Made by a program: the position numbers and the translations under genes. A stretch of 64,000 nt of DNA from Styela clava (Eukaryota), in NCBI RefSeq assembly GCF_964204865.1, contig NC_135257.1, positions 19,840,001-19,904,000 on the forward strand. The letters are read 5' to 3'. Position 1 is the first letter of the stretch. Each line of letters opens with the position of its first letter. The notes beneath the pieces were generated by a model. That model had not been told where the DNA came from. It worked only from the letters and a program-made list of their open reading frames with translations, and ran no database searches. This document shows positions 27,201 to 40,200 of this stretch, one piece after another.

Positions 27201-27854
27201 TAGGGTTTAAGAGAAGAATAAGAATAAAATATCGATATTTTAATATTGTCCAATAATGGGAAAAATTTAGAATATTTGACGTGCTTTTCAATTTCTTTTT
27301 TTCTAGGATTTTTTTAGCGAAAGATCCACTATCTGCATTGGCTTAGAACACTTCCTAAATTTTTTCCCCTATTTAACCTTCAGGAAAATTTTTTCATTCT
27401 TTCATTGCCATTCAAAGTATACAATCTCTTCAAATATGTATAGTTCTGTAATCTGTTTATTTCCTCTGTTTTCCATCCTAATTTCTGTTTTGATCTCTTA
27501 TTATATGAGAGCAAAATTTTAAAAATGAAAATATGACTTTCTCGATTTTTAAACTTCGGTAAATTTGTGTTGAAATACTTTGGTATCGCTTTGAACTATC
27601 AATGGATACCGGCTTGAAGAGCTGTTCTGCTGTAATAATCAAAGCTAACTTTTTCGAAATTTGTGAAATGGATATTTTTTATAAAAATCAGGATATCGCT
27701 TTAATCTATGATTGGATACCAGATTAAAGACCATTACTTTGCACATTTGCCATTTTGTTTAGAAACCTTAGTATGATTGGTAAATCAAATATAATCTGAT
27801 GGACTTTGTTCTATTATACCATCCACAGGACTTTTAGTTTCAATATACAGTAAA

Positions 27855-29879
27855 ATGGCTGATAAACCCTCCACATCCCAGGATGACTCGTGTCAAAATG
27901 ATATCGATACTGAATCAGCAGATATGCCTTCGATAGATCCCAGAAAAGATGGAACCCCTACAGACTTTACAATAAATGTTGTAGAGAAATCCTTTAACGT
28001 TCATTGCGACATAATAACAGCGAAGTCAGAATATTTCAAAGCAATGCTGACTCACGATACTAAAGAAAATCAGCAAGGATTTGTTGATATGAAAGACATA
28101 AACCCAGATGTTGTGCATGAATGTATTGAGTTCATGTACACTGGAAATGTGGATGAGGTTTCAGTTGACATCGAAAATGTTGGAGACGTACTACAAGCAG
28201 CTGGAATTATACAGCTGAATGAGATAAAAGATTTATGTTTCAAGTGTTTGGAAGAAAACTTGCAAACCAAAAATTGTGTTATTGAAGTTTTCGACTTGGC
28301 CACGAAATTCAACTTTACTGAACTTCAGGGCAATGCCCAAGAAGTGTTCGTTGAAACTTTTAAATTAGACAGTGTAGCAGAAATGCTTGAACTTTCAAAG
28401 CCTGATTTTATTGAGTATCTTCGTAGGCGTCACTTAGCTGATGTTCTCATTGCTTGGGATTGCATTAAGCACTGGATTGAGTATGATCACGATAACCAAT
28501 CAGAGCTTCTTTTTGAGTTGTTGAGCTTGCTTAATTGGGATGAGTTTCCTCCCTATACCTTTCTGAGAAGACTTTGGAATAATTCTGTATTCAAGCAATC
28601 TCAGCAGTGCTTGGATTTAGTTTATGAAAATGTTATTATGGATTTTCTAGGTTTTGAAAAAAACTTGTTGATTGAAAGCTTTTTCCTGCTTAAAGAATTA
28701 TCTGAAATATTCAAATTCATTCCAAAGCAAATCAAAAAAATTCTTCCTACATTTTTGAACACAAACGTAGTCAAACTCTTGGCAAAATCAAAGTTCGAAA
28801 AGTTAACAGAAACTGAAATGATAGCTTTGCTTTCTGATTCATCTATAGATGATTTGACAGGAGAAAAGTGGAAATGGATGGCAGTCAAAACATGGGTGAA
28901 TAATGAGAAAGATCGGAAACCAGTTTTACCTCAACTACTAGAGCTGATTAGGTTTCGAATCTTGCCGAAAAGTTTTATGAAAGAAGTAATTGAGCATCCT
29001 TCAATAAGAGATTCTTTCAAAAGCTATCAAATCATTACCGATGAATTTTTCCTAGAATCACCAAGATCTAGTTCCAAAACACATTACCTAGCTGTCTTAT
29101 ATTCCAACGGGAAAATTCGTGCTCTGAACATGTCTACAATGGCATGGGAAATGGTTCCTGAAATCCATCTTGAGTCTCCTTCCATATTGTTTACGTTTAA
29201 TGACAAATTGTGCGTTTTAACTGGAAATAGACTATTTTACATGACTCAAACTAAAAGATGGATGGGAAAGGCTTCAATGGTTAACAAAATTGGTAATTCT
29301 GCTAAAGTTGTCACCACTAATGACCATATTTATGTGATTGAGACCTCAAGAATGTCGTGCTACGATTCTTTGACGGACAGTTGGAATGAGGACCTGCCTG
29401 GTGTTGGGTTAACAGACTTTGGTGCTGCAGTGGCGAATAGTTCAATTTATGTTTCTGGAGGTCAACAAATGCAGAATTACGATCTTGAAAACAAAATCTG
29501 GTCAAAGGCTAGTGATGTGTCAAATGCTTTCAGATTTGCAGCATGTTCATGTCATTCTCTGTATTTCTCATCTGGAAGTGTTATAACACCTAGTAGTAGT
29601 GGTTATTACAGTGTTATTTTACAGAAGTTCAGCTTTAAGCAATCAAATTGGAGTTCTATTACTTCTCCTGCACAACAAAGTAATTTTTATGCGCAGTCAC
29701 TACTCAATATTGACAATTCAATAGTTCTTATCAACACCGACAAATGCATATACATTTACAACGAATATTGTTCAACTTGGAACAAGATGTCTGCTACCAT
29801 TCCAATATTGTACTGTGACAACGATAACTCATCACGTCAAGCAAATATTGCTTCAATTTGTACATATTCTGCTTATTGA
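27855..29879 (+). CDS. BTB-BACK-BACK-Kelch copy 4, intronless, 674 aa
   Basis: Uninterrupted ORF with a copy-2-like N-terminus and a copy-3-like C-terminal half. Confidence 0.92.
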   Translation: MADKPSTSQDDSCQNDIDTESADMPSIDPRKDGTPTDFTINVVEKSFNVHCDIITAKSEYFKAMLTHDTKENQQGFVDMKDINPDVVHECIEFMYTGNVDEVSVDIENVGDVLQAAGIIQLNEIKDLCFKCLEENLQTKNCVIEVFDLATKFNFTELQGNAQEVFVETFKLDSVAEMLELSKPDFIEYLRRRHLADVLIAWDCIKHWIEYDHDNQSELLFELLSLLNWDEFPPYTFLRRLWNNSVFKQSQQCLDLVYENVIMDFLGFEKNLLIESFFLLKELSEIFKFIPKQIKKILPTFLNTNVVKLLAKSKFEKLTETEMIALLSDSSIDDLTGEKWKWMAVKTWVNNEKDRKPVLPQLLELIRFRILPKSFMKEVIEHPSIRDSFKSYQIITDEFFLESPRSSSKTHYLAVLYSNGKIRALNMSTMAWEMVPEIHLESPSILFTFNDKLCVLTGNRLFYMTQTKRWMGKASMVNKIGNSAKVVTTNDHIYVIETSRMSCYDSLTDSWNEDLPGVGLTDFGAAVANSSIYVSGGQQMQNYDLENKIWSKASDVSNAFRFAACSCHSLYFSSGSVITPSSSGYYSVILQKFSFKQSNWSSITSPAQQSNFYAQSLLNIDNSIVLINTDKCIYIYNEYCSTWNKMSATIPILYCDNDNSSRQANIASICTYSAY

Positions 29880-30174
29880 GAGAATGAATGTTCTCTGCGT
29901 GCTTTGAACAAGTTAAACAGTGATTGTTAATCTTCTATCTTTTTTGGTGCCTTTGAAATCCGCAACCCACTCTTGTACAGTTTGAGATGTTTACAATGTG
30001 TACATAAATAAATATTATAGTAATAATGGCGAACTAAAGAATGATGGTACCACAGTAAAATCTCTCCCCAATAACGACAAAATTTCTCGCTGGAAAGGAA
30101 TTCTTTCTCAGTTGGGGAAGGAACATGGTTGTAAGAATGATTTATTTCTTGCAAGTTTGAGCAAGTCAAATACG

Positions 30175-30383
30175 GGCGCTCCAGAAGTGTGTGTACCAAT
30201 ATGGAGGTAACTAATTTTGTTCGCCTACTTTACACCAAGTTGTGTAAAAGGTGTGAAACCTATTGGCAGGGGGTATACTCACTTGGCTATCACAGACAGT
30301 CCCCGAACTCGTAATGGAACTAAAATAAGGGAAAATCGGAATGAAATTATGGCCTAACCTGGTACACCCACTACGGGAGTACC
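30175..30383. mobile_element. Telomere-motif MITE family copy in the 3' flank of copy 4
   Basis: GGCGCTCCAGAAGT...GGGAGTACC termini. Other copies at ~20236-20345, 26395-26550, 34530-34682, 38447-38557, 39900-40112, 41737-41850, 42482-42690, 49746-49860 and 55227-55400. Confidence 0.7.
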
Positions 30384-31037
30384 CAAATTTTTTAGGACCC
30401 GGGAACCCTTGGTCCACATCCATTTACAAAATAAATCTGATAGAGTTTCTGAATTCTAATATTTTCCTATTTTTATTATGTATTCAAAGTATTTATGGCG
30501 TGATTTCATTATTTTTTGTTTATATGGAGTGTAGTTTAGATAAATAGAGTTTAGCTGTGTTCAATAAAAGTTGTGCAAAAACTATCTGGCTAATATTTAT
30601 TATCTAGAAAGTCAGCAATTTTGGTAAGGACAAATGAAATGTCCGTATATAATATAAATTAGAGAGTGAGAACAAAGTCATGTCATAAAATTGTCTTCCA
30701 CAGGATAGCCATGGAACCCCTATTGCTATTCTAGTTTCGTACTAATGCAGTGTTAGTTACAATCCTCTAAACCCCCAGTCATGGGTCATCCTAATCATGT
30801 CATCGAGCTGAGACATCATGCATTGGACCCATCTAGGGCGTGATAAATTGGATAATACTGAACCGGAAAGATAATGGTTTCTTAAAAATGAGTAGCTCCT
30901 CACATATTATTAGATACCAACCAGAGGCTTGTATGGGGGATTGTTCAGAGCGAAAGCCCATAACGAACGTAGTAGGCTATATAAAATATCTCGCTGCCGT
31001 TGAGTGTTGAGTGAATGTCTCGGGTCTCCCCAACACT

Positions 31038-31380
31038 GGCTCGGTGGTGTGGCGCATGATGCTAAGCGTTAGAAATACGATTACCACCATGCCACACCTC
31101 TGATCACCCTGCATTAGTGCGCAGGTTCGAATCCCATGTGGGGATAGTTATGTGCAACAGGATTACTGGACTCCTCGCCATCGTAGGGTAGTTCACGTAA
31201 CCGCTGGTCGACTATGGCTTGCTCCACTATCAAGTCCATGATTCCGAATACAAATAACTGGCTAACTGAACCCATACCCGAAATGGACTGGTAACCGAAC
31301 AAGAGACCGTAGATCGCAATATGGATAAGTCGTCTTCTCAACTTTCCTCTCTCCAGGGATTAATATGTAAATCCTATCCT
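31038..31380 (+). mobile_element. tRNA-derived SINE, full length (~340 bp)
   Basis: Head GGCTCGGTGGTGTGGCGCATGATG (A-box-like), B box GGTTCGAATCCC at ~31125, and an (ATCCT)n tail. Confidence 0.8.
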
Positions 31381-31431
31381 AATGTGTATAATATCTCTCA
31401 AATCACACAATTCTTATTTATATTATTTTAG

Positions 31432-31543
31432 CTCACACTGGTTGAGAACAGTGCAATGATCCTACTCTGGTTTCCTAACCGCACTGTCGGAATGTGGTAC
31501 AACATCCCTGCATTAATCACAGTATGGGGAGGATTCATAATTG
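31432..31543 (+). CDS. XKR: XKR penultimate coding exon (two membrane segments)
   Basis: Acceptor tattttag|CTC and donor G|GTGAGT. Reads LTLVENSAMILLWFPNRTVGMWYNIPALITVWGGFII(G), the XKR 'EN...LW..' and 'PAL..V..GF..G' segments. Phase 0 in and phase 1 out, matching both neighbouring exons. Confidence 0.9.
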
Positions 31544-32115
31544 GTGAGTTTACAAATTTGTAAATAAGTAAACTGGGTGAAGCCGCGGGCCGCATTTTTA
31601 TTTAGGATAGCCTTTCTAGTAGTTGCAGCAGGCCCAAAAAATGTTGTTTTTGTTATTCATCTTAGGTATGTTAGGGTTCCTTGCAGAAATGGTGAGTTAA
31701 AACGCAAAAGTTTCTGAAAAAAACTGCTATTCAAATTTATTATCACACCGACTTTGAACAAACTCAGCGTTTTTATGACATTGTGTATTCTGCAATAGAA
31801 TTTTGCTAGCTAGGTTTGCTAATATGACAGTGGCATCGAAGTACTGGTATAGGCTTTGTGACGCAAAGAGATTGGAATTGCTAGAACGTACCAGATTAAC
31901 TAAACTAAAAACTCGTTTTGCGGGCAGACCATTCAAAATTGGCACTTCTCCGCGAGCCGCACAATATTTCCATGCGGGCCACAATTTGCACACATTTGTG
32001 AGAGAGAGATCTGTTTTTTGTCAACCAGAAAAACAAGCATTGCAACAATAATTAAAATATACAACAACGTACACAATGTTTTTTGGTATAGACAGGGGGG
32101 AACGATACGACTACA

Positions 32116-32325
32116 CCAGGGGTGGCCGACCCTCAGCTCGCAAGCCGCATCCGGCTTTTCGGTTTATGTGGCTCTTTCGCCTTAGTTATTCCGAAGGAGA
32201 ATTATCTTGCAAACTTCTATCGCGTTTCGATTAAACATATCATGATTCGTTGCGCATATAATGTGGTTCTTCGCTGTAATAAAGTACGAATTGTGGCTCA
32301 TGGTCTCTGACTGGTCGGCCACCCT
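32116..32325. mobile_element. hAT-type MITE
   Basis: TIRs AGGGGTGGCCGACC and GGTCGGCCACCCTT. Confidence 0.65.
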
Positions 32326-34217
32326 TGGACTATCATGCGATAATCAGAGTCAGCTTTCCCCTTCAAACTGTTATACTATGTATTGTAAGGCTGATAAAAG
32401 AAGTCGAAGTGAATTGCAATCAGGACTATAAATCCATATTTGTAACCTGCTGTTTATATGGCGTCCCAATAATAGATATAGACACTACTTGCTGCAATTT
32501 TGTGAGCTGCATGCAGTTTATATATCTGCTGAACCGAGTTCATCGAACATAAGTGATAATCAGTCGGAGATGAGGAAGAAGAGTTGTCCTTTCACCCTCT
32601 ATTCCTTAGGGCTACATGTTTACAAACTTAAGGGAGGCATAAATTACACATTAACAATCACAAAATGGAGTTTTATTTAAAATCAGCGTTCTTTTCGTGC
32701 AAGTGCGCTGTGAGTTTTTTCCCTGATAATTTGGTGAAGCATGAACAAAAAGTTTGGAAACAGCTAATACCTGCTACACAGGGAAAACATTCAAAATTCT
32801 TAACTTGGCAATAATTGGAAAAACACATCTCATGCAGCTGTCCTAAAATAAAATCAGCTGTCTATGTCAGGGGTGTGCAACCTGCGGCGCAGAAGGAAAA
32901 ATAGTGTGGGCCACGGAAAATTGTCTATTTTGAATGGTGTACAGCGAATGAAGAAGGTTTTCCAATACCTTTGCGTTTGTTATCTATGCTTATGACATTA
33001 CAATGCACAAATCCAAAAAATTGTGTCTGCAACTACTTGAAAGTCTATGTTGAATGAAGGTGAGGCCTACGGTTTCACCCAGTTATCTGTATCAGGCTCT
33101 CCTGTATTAAAGATTGCACATCCCTGGTCTAAATTATAGTTCAATATTACTAATTAGATAAGACTATTCAAGCGATTAGAGATTGTAACTCTTCTTTTTT
33201 CAACTGCTAACACCACCACCACAGAATTATCAAATTAATTTTATTTTTGTAACAAACAATTCAATATCAAGATAACAAAGCATTTCTGTCATATACTTTC
33301 ATTTACTTGTTATAAAAATATTTTAGCAAAAATTTTTACAGTGCATTGATTAGTTAAATTCATTAAATAAGAAAGTGTCAAGGTATTCTTTATAGAGAGA
33401 TAGCTCCAAAGTTAAACACTCAACTCAAATGCTCAACATTATCCAAGAGAATAAGCTTGAAATCGAATTTAAAGTATTCCTATTCAAGCAGTGTTTTATA
33501 TTTATACAGAAACAGCATTATCAATAATCGAATCGAATAATTTAATATTCAATACCAATTTTTGATTTTAAATGCCCAGATTTAAATAAATGATAATTTT
33601 TTTTTGTTAATATGAAACAATTCCAATTTGTGCCAAAAAATGAAAATTCAAAATATTGAATCGATGCCTTCTGCTGTTCACATGGCCCCGTAAAAGCATC
33701 TACTGATACATAACTATTTATAAGGAGTTAACATTTTTGGGAGGACAAGAATCTGACCGGTTCAGCATTGCCTACCCAGTTCATTACACCATTACCGCCA
33801 GTACTTTTCTGAGTGGTTCAGTTACAGTTGATAGATTTGGTTAATGGGCCAGGTCCTCAAAACTCAATATAAAAACTGTAACATAAAAGAGTTTATTCAC
33901 AGTAGGCTAACGTTTATATATTATTAAAGACTCACAAAGTAATAATCAGGGTCATTTTGGTGTTATTTTCATCGATATTTTCAATGAAAATTTTTATCCA
34001 TAAAAACCATAGTCGTAATTTTAGCAGGCACAAATGGGCGGAATGAAACATTTTGGTGTCCTGCAGGCTGTAATTTGAACACCTCTGCTTTAAATACTAG
34101 GACACAATTTATTTATATTCAATTCAAAAATGTTAGCAGGCAAAATTAACATTTTATATTTGAAGGCAATGCAAGCACGATTTGGATGACAATGAAACAG
34201 CTAGAGAAAAGCAGTTC

Positions 34218-37200
34218 TTAGTGGAAATTATACAGCGACATAATCACAGAAAGTAATATTGTTATAAGCGTTGCGGTAGTCTGTATCCCTGAATTCGGGG
34301 GATAAGGTTTCGCTGGCATCGTCTCGAATGCTTTAAATATTTCTGCGTACTTGCTACCTTCTCTGTAATATACCGGTGGTTCTCCCATATTACTGGATAC
34401 TTGCCCTGAAATGTAATAAAATGGTTGGTTAGAGTTTTTTTCGTAAGTGTTTATCAATAGTTTATACTCCAAAAAGTTTTTTTGAATTTGTTGAATGGTC
34501 AAGAATCTGATTCAGATTTTCCTTACCGGTATTTTAGTTTTATTACGAGTTCAAGGACTGTCTGTGTTAGCCAAGTGAATATACCACCTGCCCATAGGTT
34601 TCAGCCCCTTTGCACATCTTGATGTAAAGTAGGCAAACAAAATTAGGTACCTACATATTGGTACACACTCTTCTGGAGCACCACTGCTTTTATATATCCT
34701 TATCCTTACATATCCAAATCTGTGAGAGTTCTCTAAATCGTGAACAAAATGTCCTAACAACTTACCCAAATACCCTCCTGCAGAAGTATCTGTAGTGTTA
34801 TCTGAATCCCAAATATCTATCCATACTGCACCAGTAGGAAAGTATACATCTCTCGCATATTTACCTTAAAAAATACAGAGGCTTTTTAGTGTTTATCCAT
34901 CCATATATATATATGGGGAATTTAGTGAGCACAAATGAAAGCTTGGTCACAAGTATTCAAGTAACATAGGAAAGACAACCCAATTACCCATAAAAGTATA
35001 GTATTGGAATATTTCCTTACCTTCTGTTTAAATTAAGAGAAAATTGGAAATTTCATAACATTGGCGTGTTTTTTGCTGTTACCATAGAGGCGAGTCTCGA
35101 CTTTCTATGAAACTCACATTACTAGGGTGACAGGATAACCCATGTGTGAAACTTTATACAGATCAGTCCAGTCGCTACGGCTTTGACACACAGACAGACA
35201 GAATGACTTGGAATAAGGGAGCGGAGATCCGATAATACTGGAATATTTCCTTACCTTCTGTATATATAGGTGCAACCAACAGATCAGGCCCATACATGTA
35301 CTGGTCCTTAGATATCAGGTCGTCATAGCAATTGGTATCTTCAGGAAATTCAAAGAATAGTGGCCGCTGTACAGGGGTGCTTGTATCGTAGTATTCTTGA
35401 ATGAGATCTCTTGTATAGTTGGCAAGTGAAGTATGGAGCTTAGTGAGGCGTCCGAATCGTTGGAACGTGTAGTCGTCATCGTATATCTGGAAATTCAATT
35501 AGTTTCCAAATTCCAATATTGTATAAATTGCTATATCGTAAAGCAGTGGTTTTCAACCTTTCATTGGTCTGAGGCCCACTTGGGAGGGGCCACGGGCCCT
35601 CGTTGAGAACCACTGATGTAATAATGTTCATGTGACACATTTGCCTTTTCTTATACATGAATGTCTAGCCCATTTATTGTACACCCTAGAGGGGGAACTT
35701 TAATTACTCAAAATGACAAATTTTTAAATGAAAGTGTTCAAAAATGAATATGATTCAAGTGATTCAAAAGTCTACATACTAACACAAATATATTTCTGTA
35801 ATGTTTCGTTGTAGTTAGCCCTCCAGAAACCCAATAAAACCGAAGAATATTCGTTTCATTTCGAAGAATCTCTGACCATATATACCTGCCAATTTTCTTT
35901 TGGTCTGTTTCCCTCATGTGTCCTCATATTTGGTGTAAAAACTGCTGACTCAGCAGATCTAAGAAGAAGTTCTTGGCTACGAACGACACCGTACAATGAA
36001 GTGAAACCTCCAATATCAAAATGTGAGATTCCAACTCCTGAAACAAGAAATAGGGTAGGATAGGATTTTTTTGGGGGGGAGAGGAAATCCAATAAGAGGG
36101 CTCAATCATATGGCGAACCACAGTATCTAGTCCGGTTACCAGTCCATGTCGGGTTTGGGATTAATTAGCCAGTTATTTGTTTTCAGAAGCATGGACTTGA
36201 TGGTGGAGGAAGCCGCAACCGTCCAGTGGTCACATGAACCACCCTGCGACAGCGAGGAGTCAAGCAATCCTCCCGCACATACCCATCCCCACATGGGATT
36301 CGAACCTGGTTTTGCAGGGTAATCAAAGGTTTGGTGACAAGCGTATTTCTAGCGCTTAGCATGTTGCGCCACACCGCCGAGCCAAGAAATGGGTGGGATT
36401 TTACTCAGATAGAGGAAAGTAGATGAAATGGCGTATTTTGATTTTTGAAGTAATTCAGAACAGTTTCCAACTTTCCAAAAAATGCAATAACACTGCTCCT
36501 TAAACAAGAAGGATAATGTTTTTATTTCTATTATGGAGGAGAGGAGTCGATAAAATAAAGTAATCATACAGTAAATATAATAAGTCTAAATAACCAAGTA
36601 ACCATAGATGCAGAGAAATGCTATATTATTCCTCTGAAAGTGTTATACTTTATAAAGCTCAATTTTGTGAATTCAAAATGATTTCCGCCTATTCTTTATT
36701 GAATATGACCGAATACAGAAAATACTCGATAGTCTAGTAGATTTATATTTGAGAGTGGGTTTTTCGATTTTGGGCTCTCCTGTCCAGAATAGTTGGTTTG
36801 TTTACCTGACATTCCAAGTGATAAAGCTGCTGGTATAGTTGATACCAGTCCATCGTCAATTGACCAATCAACATTCTGATCCCCCGCCCACGCACTCATT
36901 GTGTACTTTGCTGATGCAGTGTGCCCCGCCCTCATCCAAATCTGAAAAATGAATTTTTTTTTAATAATGATGTACCTAATTTTTATATAACTATTGACTA
37001 TAAAAGCCCTAAAATGCAGCCACTGATATCTAATGACATGTTAATTAAGCGATACTATTTTTGGAAGGTCTTCATCTAATCCAAATATAAGAATTGTAAA
37101 TTTCCGAACAAAAAATTCAGCACTCTTGTTATGGATTGCTAATTTATTTCTGACTATGTGAAAACTAAATTGTGACCGCTAAAACAGACATGCTTCACCT

Positions 37201-40200
37201 ACATTCGAATTTTAAGGTAGGTAGCTCAAAATGAGATTGGATTTTCATCGAATTCATAGGTCTCATATCTGCAAAAAAACTCACAAAAAATTCTCCATCC
37301 ATATTGCTCTCATCTACTGCTGCCCTGTTTACTTCAGCCCATAATGAAGGCCAGAGATTGTGTAGCTCCTCAGCTGATCTATACAATAAAAAGATTCTTA
37401 TTCCTCAGTAAAAAAAATGATCAAATCTTACAAACAATTTAAGAATAGGCAGTGAGAAAACAAGAGAATGATACTTGTAAATATGAAATATTTATCTTTA
37501 TTTCTAATGTGTATACATTAATACAATACATGTGTATACATTTTATTGGGACACTCTGTATATACAATTTGTATAATATATTCAAAAATACAGAAATACT
37601 ACAGAAATAATATTTTAGATTCTATTCAGAATAGCAGGGGGAATGTGGAATCATATTTGGTACAGGATAGCAATGCTCAAATACAGGATGTCTTAAAATA
37701 AATAGAAAACCCATTTGTTCGATTACCAATTTTGTGGGTTTATTTATTTTGGGACACCCTATATAAAGAATATGTAGTAAATATATGTGAGTAACTCGGG
37801 TAAAGACTTATTCATAGCAAAAAAAGCTTCACCTACCTTCCGTCATGAAATATTTGACCGTCTACTGGTAGATATTCTCCAAAATCCGCCATCCACCCTG
37901 AAACAAGGAATTTAAAATCAGATGGTTTATTTCAGACTAGCAGGTATTTAGTTCAGTGGTTCACAAACTTTTATTGCTCGTGGGCCATGACCCCCTTCTG
38001 GGAGCGTTTAGCACTCATGGCCTCCCTGTTTATCATTCCAGTGGTATTTATAGTGTTATTTTGATTGGTAGGTTACAAATCCCATTATGTTCAAACAATT
38101 CATGATCAATATATTTTGGCTCCAAATTTCATGCCCACCACTAGGGGTGGTTGTGAGTCTGAGCTGCCCCCCCCCCCTCTTTTTGAAATGTAAAAAAAAG
38201 CATGCATAAGCAATTTTTGTAGCTTGAAACGCTCTTAAACCCTAAAGACTCCTGAAAACCCATGTTTTCCAGCCGGACCTGCTTGCAATTTGACATTTTA
38301 GAACTCCCCTCTGGAAATTCGAGGATACGCCCCTGCCCACCACTTTAGCCAGGGTGTAGTAAACTAGGTATGCAATGCCGAACCAGAAAGTCCTAACAAA
38401 AAAATAATAGAGTAAAAGATACGTAAAGCGTCATACAAAAAATAACGTACCTCCAGAAGTATGCGCACCAAGATGGCGCACAAACTGAACATAGTATGTG
38501 TGTACCAGTTGGGATTAAGGTTGTGCGACATCTTGGTGTGCATACTTCTGGAGCACCAAAATAACTTTCTTGAAAGTCAAAACAAATCCTTTATGAATTA
38601 CCTCTAAATCCGACATCTATAAGATTCGTCTTGATGACGTTTTTATACCAGTTGAATGCATCAGGGTTTGTCAGATCCACTGTTCCACAGAAAAACTCCC
38701 CAAAATCACTTACATGGTTGTCACCATCCTTTGATTTCACAAGATAACCTGGAATTTTAATAAATGAAAACAGTTTATTATTTGCAGGGTTTTCTCAACC
38801 AAGAGGAACTTTTCCCTATGGGAATTTTTTTTTTTGGGGGGGGGGGTTATTATTTTGTATTTTGGTGTAGTTTTATAAATAGTGTTTAGTATTATTGTAA
38901 CACAAATTTATAGACAGGTTGGAGATGCTGGGTTCTATTTCCATTACCCCACTCAGGGGAACAATAAACTAAACTCTGCTTTGAGAATATAACCTGGAAT
39001 CTCATATCTGAATGTTGTTTAACCTTCATGAAATAAAATTAGGTGGGCAACAAGAAGAATTTCGATCTCCTTACATATCATTGATGCTTTTATAGAGAAT
39101 CTTCCAGTGTGAAAATGCAACATTTATAACCTAATGAACCTAATTCGGATGGGATTGCATATTCAAGATTATGGTTTTGAATTTCAAACAACGTGTCCAC
39201 TACCTGTTATAGAAAAACTCAAACTGAAAAAATTCTGGTTTAAAATAGCAGCCTCTTGCTTATCAGGTGTGCTGGTAGCAAGCCTTGTTCAGAGAGGATG
39301 CATGAAAATGCCTCAGAAACTCACCCAAGTCACTTGCATTCTCATACAATTCTCCTTTATCATTAAGATATGGGTTTATGTATGCTGTAAAGTAGACTCC
39401 TTCCTTAGCTTTGTCTTGCATGATTTGCCTGATGTTTGGGTAACGGGTCTCGTCGAGTTTCCAATCCCAGAATAATCTTGTCCCAAACGAAGTTGTGATT
39501 TGGCCAACCCAATCTTGAATCCAGATTCCAGATACTTTGACATCGTTTCTGATTGCCTGGTGAAATTTTCAGTAATTAGTTTGTGATGTGAGATATATAA
39601 TGTACAGAGTGCCCCCTTCAAACTTGACTCTACGATCGTGAATTCCACAATTCTTTCTTATTCGAATAAGTTCTGCTCTATTGCTTTCCGTGGAAGATGA
39701 AATTTACTAAATGAAAGTGGAATCAAAGCGAATTCTGTTTATATTCATTTGACCTCTTTTGCTCCTAACAAGACTATGCACGAGCGTTCTGCGATGCCAC
39801 CATAACTAGTCTGAAGTTTGAACCACAAGGCCAGGGGTCACTAACGCGGTGTCTGCGGGCACCAAGTCGCATGTAAGTACCACATAAGTAGCTCGCAGGG
39901 GTACTCCAGAAATATGTGTATCGGGTTAGGGTTAGGCCATAATTTTATTCCGATTTTCCTTATTTTAGTTCTATTATGAGTTTGGGGAATATCTGTGTTG
40001 GCCAAGTGAATATACCCTCTGCCTATAGGTTTCATTCCCTTCACACAACTTGATGTAAAGAAGGCGAACAAAATGAGTTACCACCACTTTCGTAAACACA
40101 CTTCAGGAGCGTCCTCGCAGATCTGTTCGGAAATTAGCTCAAATAACGGCGCTTATCAGTGCCCAGGAATTAACCCTTGGCTTCATAAAGTTTGGTGACC

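Larger units (their letters stand above)
11635..30790 (+). repeat. Tandem segmental duplication carrying the kelch genes and shared non-coding flanks
   Basis: The marker block GGGTCATC(T/C)GAA(G/A)TGGAGTCAA recurs at ~13630, ~19240, ~20750, ~25120 and (truncated) ~30780. The 3'-flank block with AATAAA recurs at ~11928, ~19053, ~20524, ~24909 and ~30563. Confidence 0.85.

Noticed and set aside
8520-29505. Antisense ORFs overlapping the kelch genes (e.g. 9159-9401, 16551-16799, 28070-28312)
   Set aside because: These are shadow frames of the real CDS, repeated only because the genes are paralogs.
31038-31140. tRNA gene
   Set aside because: A and B boxes are present but there is no cloverleaf. 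It is the head of a multi-copy SINE with a shared body and tail.
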